Notes under the pieces: model-generated
What the model saw: only the letters and a program-made list of their open reading frames with translations
Told to the model about the DNA's origin: nothing
Database searches by the model: none
Made by a program: the position numbers and the translations under genes
Source: Macrostomum lignano
Lineage: Eukaryota
Assembly: GCA_002269645.1 (NCBI GenBank)
Contig: NIVC01004822.1
Span: 1-34,188, forward strand
DNA: 34,188 nt
Direction of reading: 5' to 3'
In this document: piece after piece, positions 23,587-31,300 of the stretch
Numbering within the stretch: position 1 is the first letter of the stretch
Layout: the number at the start of each line of letters is the position of its first letter

Positions 23587-24544
23587 ACTAAGCTCAGCCA
23601 GAAACCCCTCCCCAACCAGGCCATATCCCTAGCCAACGAGCAGCAGTTCCTGCTGTTAAACGAGGCCAGTGTCGCCCACCTGTTGGACTGCATCGGTCCA
23701 GAGAGCCCGCTGGACCTGTCCCAGCTGGTGGCCAGATTTCGGGCCAACCTGGTGGTTCGGGGTTGCCAGCCAATGTCCGAGGAGTCCTGGACTCGACTGA
23801 GCATCGGCGGTAGGCAGTTTGCCGCTCACGGAGTCTGCACTCGGTAGGTCTGAGAGATTCTTAGGTGAAGGAGCTTCGAAAAAGGTTGAAGCCAACTAGG
23901 TTTATTGAAGGTAAAAGTTAAGTTAATTACAGAGAAGGTCAAGGGCAACTAAAGTACACAAACTTCAAGATCAGCTAAGACACGGAGAAGATCAAGATTA
24001 ACTGAGAGGTCATGGTCAGCTAAGTAAAAGGTACAGAAAAGGTCAGCTAGGGTACAAATAAGGTCATGTTTAATTAAACTACAAAGAAGGTCAAGGTCAA
24101 GTAAGTTACACAGAAAAGGTCAAGCAAGGTCAGCTAAGCTACAGAAAAAGTCAAGCAAGGTCAACTAAGCTACAGAAAAGGTCAAGCAAGGTCAACTAAG
24201 GTACATTGTACGTCAACTCGATGGTCAAGTAAGATACAAAGAAGGTCAAGCTCAAGTAGGCTTCAGAGTAGGTCCAGGTCAACTAAGACTAGGAACTTGA
24301 ACTAAATATTTGAAAAGCCTAGATAATAAACATTTATCCTCCGCAATGTCAACCCAGCTGCGACATGATTGGCATCGACCAGGACACTGGCGAGTCTACA
24401 ATCGAACCCATGCGCACCCTGTCCCAGATGAAAGGCGGTGCGTTGAAATTCGGTCTGTACGTGTCCGCCACTGCCAGTGATAATACTACTGATAAGACGG
24501 CCAAATTTGAGCTTTCTGTTGGTGATGCTGTTATTGCCGAATGA
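19276..24544 (+). CDS. MOCOS: molybdenum cofactor sulfurase (NifS-like PLP domain + MOSC); exons 19276-19428, 19888-20487, 21475-21837, 22167-22687 (-1 frameshift or cryptic intron at ~22400-22436), 23207-23458, 23593/23602-23843, 24358-24544
   Basis: YLDHAGATLYS, YGNPH, VIFTSGATAA, SFYKMFGYPTGLGAL (PLP lysine), FEDGTINYL, LRVGCFCNVGAC, IFLYPVKSC, SLANEQQFLL, RFRANLVV, CTRCDMIGIDQDTG; GT-AG junctions; AATAAA at 24730. Confidence 0.93.
19520..19860. repeat. 21-bp pyrimidine-rich minisatellite (CCTCCCTTCATCTCCTCTATC)n, MOCOS intron 1
   Basis: Visible tandem array. Confidence 0.92.
20630..21425. repeat. 13-bp minisatellite (AAGAATCGCCCTC)n, MOCOS intron 2
   Basis: Visible tandem array. Confidence 0.94.
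21864..22112. repeat. (TCAG)n microsatellite, ~60 copies, MOCOS intron 3
   Basis: Perfect tetranucleotide array. Confidence 0.97.
22765..23150. repeat. ~22-bp minisatellite (AAAATCGCCCCTCAACCACTAT)n, MOCOS intron 4
   Basis: Visible tandem array sharing the AATCGCCC core with intron 2. Confidence 0.88.
23471..23586. repeat. (CTGT)n microsatellite, MOCOS intron 5
   Basis: Visible array. Confidence 0.95.
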
Positions 24545-24974
24545 GTTAATGATGAGATAAAAACTGTTTTTGTCACTGGAGCTTCATTCACCTCTTTAGT
24601 ATATTGACTAGCTTTCTTTGCCCCCCTCTCGGTGTCTCCTCCAACTCTTACAGTTCTCTCTCTCTCCTTTATTGATTGTATTGTTAAAGTGCTTCCCTTT
24701 AGACAGTGACCATTAATTTGTTCAAACCTAATAAATAAATTCTTTTGGTTGCTAATTGCATGTATTTTTTATCGACATTGCACATTCCACTGTTTCTATT
24801 TTTACGTCAAATCTATTTAATGATAAAATTTTCTATATAAATTTTCTAAATATTGATCGTAAAGTAAACTTAAACTTAAAGATTTTTTGTCAACTTGATT
24901 TAAAATTACTGACATCCAATTAACTTGTCTTAAATATTTGTTACTTCTAAGTTTATTCACTCATCTGATTGCAT

Positions 24975-25325
24975 TTTGTAGACCTTCAAAAGTACCCGGT
25001 CATTGACCTTCAAAAGTACCCGGCCATTGACCTTCAGAATAATCCAACCATTGAACTCCAAAGTACCCAACCATTGACCTTAAAAAGTACTCAACCATTG
25101 ACCTTCAGAAATACCCAACCATTGAACTTTAGAAGTGCTCAGTTATTCACCCTTAGAAGTACCTAAACATAAACAATGACCTTCAAAAGTACCAACCATT
25201 AACCTTTAGAAGTACCTAACTAAACGGACCCCAACCATTGACCTTCAAAAGTACCCACCATCGACCTTCAGAAGGACTCAAAACTTGATAAACCTTAAAA
25301 ATACTGAAACAATGACCTTCGGATG
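24975..25325. repeat. degenerate ~25-bp repeat (CCATTGACCTTCAAAAGTACCCAA)n between MOCOS and ZNF341
   Basis: Visible diverged tandem units. Confidence 0.8.
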
Positions 25326-25369
25326 TTACCTAGCAACTCGCAACTTACCGACTTCCTAAAATTGCAGCG

Positions 25370-28300
25370 ATGCAGCAAAACTCCAGCCAAGAATGCTACA
25401 ACTGTCCTGCTGCCAGCATAGCAACAGATCTATTCGTATGCGGCCTATGCTCAGTTAGCTTTCACGAGCTGGGCCAGTTTCTGGCGCACAGGAATTCCAA
25501 CTGCTTGGCCGCGACCGGCAATGCCGGCTGCAACTACGCGGCCGCGTCATCGACCACTGCTGGCAGGTTTCTGACTCACCTGCAGCAGGTTGAGCCGCCG
25601 CCTAACCATCAGTCCCCAGCCGCCTGCCTGAGCCAGGGCTACAGTGCTCCGCCAACTGCCGTTGTTGTTGCCACGGATGACTTTGTTGGCCAGCAGAGTC
25701 TGCCGTTTTTACCTGCCGATGCTGGTCCAACGGTGAGGAAGTACTTGATGTACTGTTTTCTTTTTAGGAAGTGTTGGGAACAACTAGCAACCGATTAGAA
25801 AGTTTCATCACTTGACTCCACACCAACCAAATAATTAATTTGAATACCGCCCGGAGTCGAACCAGTCCTTCTGCTTATCAGAGCGGCGTTATTGGCCACT
25901 AATTGGACCTCCCCTAAGTTTAAATCGAATCAAATTGACATATATATAAGCTGTTGAAGCCCGCGACTTTTGAAGTCATACTGAAACAAAAACGTGTTAA
26001 TAGTTTGCATTGAAGTTTGAAAAATTTGAGTAAATTCTTGTTAAATTAGGATTTGAGGCAAGCATTGATCTCATCGGCTGGGGTGCTGCGCAGAATGAGT
26101 CTGTTTAAACAATGTGTGGGCAAACTCTGGTCTCTGCCTCTTTCTCCGTCCTGATCTGGTTCTTTGAAACTTATCTCCTCTCTCCTCTTTCCTCTCTCCT
26201 TTCTTTTCTCATCCCATATATCATCTCCTCTCTCCTCTCTTATCCCTTTTCTTTTTTATTTCATCTCTCCTGTCTTATCTCCTCTCTCTTCTCTCTTCTC
26301 TCTGCTCGCTTATCTCTACTCTCTCCTCTCTTCCCTCCCCTTTTCTCTCTTCTCTCTTCTCACTGTTACTCTCTCTTCTCGTATATATATATTTTATTAC
26401 ACCTGCCCTAATGGCCGCAGCCTTTGCTGTTCAGTCCAAGCACTGGGGGGTCGCCACACACAGCCTCAATTGCCCCAGCTAATGCTGGTGCCCATTTTAC
26501 AGCTGGGTGAACTGAAGCAATGCAGAGTTAAGTGTCTTGCTCAAGGACACAAATTGTTCCAGTCCAGTATTGGATTCAAGAATCGAACCCCCGACCTCCT
26601 TGCCAGCAGTCCGACACTCTAACCACTAGGCTACAACCCCCATTTACATATTGAACCATTGCCAATCATTTTAAAGGCCTATTCAAACGGCATGGCGGAT
26701 CCAACTGCAAGTCACCAGCAGCAGCACCAGCCTCAGTCAACTGTCACAGTGCCCAATTGCGGCTACTTTGATCCTGCAGCTTTGACACCTGCCAACAATC
26801 AGCACGTGCATCAGCAGGTGCCTCATCAGAACCCGATGGTTCAACAAATGCAATCAGAGGATGAGCAGCATCAGTCAGCTTTGCCATTAACTGCTCTTCT
26901 CTCTGAGGCATCAGTGGTCATTGATAGTACAGGTGCTTCATCAGTTGCAGTACCAGACTCTGCAGCCTCCAATTGCTTTCATCATCCACCTGTCAATCAG
27001 CAGCAGCAATATGAAGATTGCACTCATCAGCAGTATTCTAACAGCTACGCAGATCCTTATAATCTGCAGCAGCAGCAGCAGCAGAATTATGAGTTGTACG
27101 CGGCCAATACTACTTGTCAGCAGCATCAGCAGTATCAGCATGATCAGTCGCAAATGTTTGCAGAAAATCACGCGGTCAATTCTTATTATAGTTATCAGCA
27201 GCAAGCGGCAGTGGGTCATCAAGGTCATCAGGGTCATCAAGGTCATCAGGGTCATCAAGGTCATCAAGGTCATCAAGGTCATCAGGGTCATCAAGGTCAT
27301 CAGGGTCATCAAGGTCATCAGGGTCATCAGGGTCATCAAGGTAATCAGGATCATCAAGGTCATCAAGGTCATCAGGGTCATCAAGGTCATCAGGATCACC
27401 AGGGTCATCAAGGTCATCAGGGTCATCAGTCGTCTTTTATCCAGCAACCGCAGCCAGCACCTGCTGCAATGATGTCGGAACAAGTTTTAGCACCTTCTTC
27501 TTCGTTAGCCAGTGCTAACAGACAATCGCGAACAGGCGGCGAACAAAGAAACGATAATCAACGCTCCAAAGTGACGTTGCTACGTTCAACTGACAGGCCG
27601 CAGATGTTTCCTTGCACAGTGTGCAACTTTGTGTGCAAATATCAGAATCAGCTGACCCTGCACATGAGAAAGCATACGGGTTGACTTACTTGACTTAGCT
27701 GCAGGGCGGTCCGAAGACGCAGCGGGGAGGCGAGCGTCGCCCATTCCGCTAATCCCTGAAAGACCCGCATAGGCTAGGGCGCGGGGCCGGTCAGGGAGGT
27801 CTGCCGGTCCTGTCTGCAGCGTTGTCTTCGGTGGGGAAGACGGAGGCTCGCTTGGTGGCCCGGAGGAACCGGATGAGCCGTGGGATGTTCTCGGGCCGGC
27901 AAACGTCGTCCAGGGACGGGTTGGGCCCGAGGTGGTTGAGCCGGTCTCGGTTGAAGGCCGGGCAGTAGCAGACGAAGTGCATGGCATCTTCATTCTCGAG
28001 GCTGCAGAAGGGGCAGAGTTCACTCCGGCGAACACATCGGAGGAAGCAGTGCCTGGCAAAGCAACCGTGACCTGTGAAGGTCATAGTGAGAGCGCGGATA
28101 TCTTTTCGATTTTGATTCAAAAGGATTCTCCGCAGCTTGAGGGACGGATTGGGCACTGCCGCACGAGATTGGCGGCAGTTGGAGATACCATCCCATCTGC
28201 GCAAGTGCAGGATGTCCGCCCAGTCGTTAATCTGACGATTAATGACTGTGGCGGGGATGGGGGCCAGGGGCACGGGGCCAAGGGGCGAGCCGGAACAGCC

Positions 28301-31300
28301 CGCCTTAGCGAGGGAGTCGGCGAGCTCGTTACCTTTGAAGCCGGCGTGTCCTGGGATCCACGTGAGCCGGACGGTGTTCCTCCGAGCCAGCTTGTTGAGC
28401 TGCCCGATACAGTCGCGGACTGTTCGGGAGTTCGTAGTGGTGTGACACAGGGCCTGTAAAGCGGCCTGGCTGTCAGAGTGGAAGAAGATTCTTCTGTCCT
28501 TGAAGTCCTTGCGGTGGAGCTCAGCTGCACAGGAGCTGATGGCAAGGACTTCATTCTGGAAGACGCTGGAGAGTCTGCCAGTGTGTTGGGCGTGAGTAGC
28601 AATCACGCGGCCGTTGATAAGGATGCAGACTCCAAAGCCGGATAAACCGTCTTTGGAGGATCCGTCAGTGAAGCAGTGAACCTCCTGATGGGCCCAGCTG
28701 TCGTTGGCGTTCTCCCTGGAGGGGATCGTGACCTTGAAGCGTTGGTAGAGGTTGAGGGAGCGCGGTTCAGCGTCCGAAAGGACAGCCGCACTCCCACTCT
28801 CCTCCAGAACTTTAAGGCACAGGTCAGAGTGCGGCAGGAGCTTGCGCTTCGCCATCGCTCTTTGTGGCTTGAAGCTAACACCAGCCTCGATGAGCCGGCG
28901 GGTGGTTTTAGCAGCCTCGCGACGGACAAAGATGTCCAGAGGCGGGAGGCAGAGAAAGGCGTTGAGGCCGTCAAAGGGAGCAGAGAGCGGGGCATTCAGG
29001 ATCATGCGGCACGCACGTCCCTGCACCTTTTTGAGGGCTTCGTGGCAGGTTTTAATCTGCAAGGCGCTGGTCCAGACCAGGCCGGCGTATGTAACGGCCG
29101 GTCGGACCATTGCGGTATAGATCCACCAGAGACGCTTTGGGGTGAGGCCCCAGGTGGTGCCGACGGCTCTGCGCAGCTGCGCAAGAATCGCGAGGGCTTT
29201 TTTGGTTTTGGCCTGGACGTGGGTGGACCAGCTCAGCCGGTGGTCCAGCGTAACGCCGAGACACTTGGTTTGCTTGCAGGATGGAATTTCCACTCCGTAA
29301 AGCTTTAGTGGGCGAATACGCCAGTTTACCCTGCTGGTGAACATGATCGCGACAGTTTTGGTCTCGGAGAGCCTGAGGCCGCACCTGTCCGCCCAACGTT
29401 CAGCAGAGCGAATGAAGTTTTGCAAAAGATCTCTAAGGGTTTCAGGTGACGGTCCGGATGCCACGGCTGTGACATCATCGGCGTAACCGACCTTGAGGAT
29501 GGGGTCAAGATGGCTGTCCTGGAGGAGCTCATCGATGACCATGTTCCAGAGAACTGGAGAGAGGACACCGCCCTGGGGGCTGCCTTTGCAGACGGTTACC
29601 GTCCGTTGGTGGCCCAACAGGTGTGCGGTGGCAGTACGGTGGCTGATCATATACATGATCCACCGGGTGAGGTGCGAGTGGGTTCCTCTAGCACGTAGAG
29701 CTCTGTCAAAGGCCTCAAAGAGGACATTATCGAAGGCTCCAACAATGTCGAGGAAGACAGCGAGAGCGTAGCCATTACCAAGAACGGCTTTCTCCAGCAT
29801 GTCAACCAGAACGTGAAGCGCGCTCTCCGTGGACCTGCCTGCCCGAAAGGCATGCTGGTTCTCACTGAGCGGCTTGTTCTTCAGTTCCACAGAGAGGAGG
29901 CGCCAGAGCACCAGTCTCTCTAACAGCTTCACCAATGAGGAGGTGAGGCTAATTGGTCTGAAGGATTTAATGGACCGGTAGTCCGGTCGGCCAGGCTTGG
30001 GGATAAAGACCACCTTGGCCTCGGTCCAGGATTTCGGAACAAAGCCGAGCACAATGCAGGCTTTCAGAAGCCGGCAAAGGTTCCGCAGGAAACCGGTGCA
30101 TTTCACCGCCTCCCGCAGGAAGGCTGGCACAACGCCGTCCGGTCCTGGGGATTTGAAGGGTTTGAAGGAGGAGACAGCTTTAGTAACGCGGTCCTCCGTG
30201 ATGATTGAGTCAGCCAGTACGTGTCCGCCCACTGAGTGGTCAGGGGGGCCGGGCCTAGCTGGCTCGTTCGGGAAAAACGCTGTTAGCATCGCTTCCAGTG
30301 TTTCTCCTGGGTTCTCAGTGAGCGAGCCGTCGGCTCTCTTGACTGAGGAGAGTTTGGACATTTTGTCCAGGGTGAGGGCTTTAACGATTCTGGAGGTGGG
30401 GCGGGAGCCCTCAAGTTCCTCACAGTATTCGCGCCACTTGTTGGTTTTGGCGTTCCTAACCTGCCTCTTGAACTCGTGGATAGAGTTCAGGTAGGCGGTT
30501 TGGTCGGCCGGGTTTTTAGTTTTTTGGGCCCTGCGGTGAAGCCTTTTGGCTCTGCGACGGAGGTCGCCAAGCTGCGGGTTCCACCATGGGCCGACTGTTT
30601 GCCTTTATATGCCTTTAGTGGGCATGAGGCTTCGAAGGCAGCAGTGAGCGAGTCCGTAAGTGCGGCCGCAAATTCATCTGCTTCTTCGCAGGTGTTGATG
30701 GAGACTGGAGCGCTAGTGCAACGATAGGTCTCCTCCAGGGCAAGCCTGAAGGCGGTCCAGTCGGTATTCCTAGCATTCCGTTTCCAGTAAAGCTGGCCTG
30801 CGTTACGGGCGCTGGCCAGCGTGAAAGAGATGAACTTGTGATCGGAGAGGGACGCCTCAGGAAGCACCCGCCATTCCCTAGTGCTCTGGAAGAGCCTGGG
30901 CGTGGCGAGGGTGGCATCCAGCACCTCCGATCGGCGTCCGTTATTGAAGGTAGGGGTACTACCCGAGTTACAGAACTCAAGGGTTGTAGTAGCAATATAA
31001 GCCAGGAAGTCTTCACCTCTCTGGTTTATATCAGAACTGCCCCAGTGGGTGTGGTGGGCATTGATGTCACCTGCCACGAGCAGCTCATAGTTTCTGGTGG
31101 AGCAGAGCTCGACCAGTGTGACAAGCTCTACTGGGATCATCTCGCCGTCGCCCGGTAGGTAAACCGAGGCGATGAGGGTAGTCCTCCCAGGGAGTATGTC
31201 TTCAGACTGGATGACACAGATGTCCCTGGTGGACAGGTCTGATCTGAGCCATGCGTTAATAGAACTGGACACCATGATGCAGGATCTTGGTGCCAGGTTT

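Noticed and set aside
25843-25910. tRNA-like sequence on - strand (T-arm GGTTCGACTCC, CTGATAA loop)
   Set aside because: Acceptor and anticodon stems do not pair; at best a decayed SINE head, not a tRNA gene.
27214-27429. Many CTGATGA (hammerhead core) copies on the - strand of the GHQ repeat
   Set aside because: By-product of the 9-bp repeat; no GAAA or flanking stems.
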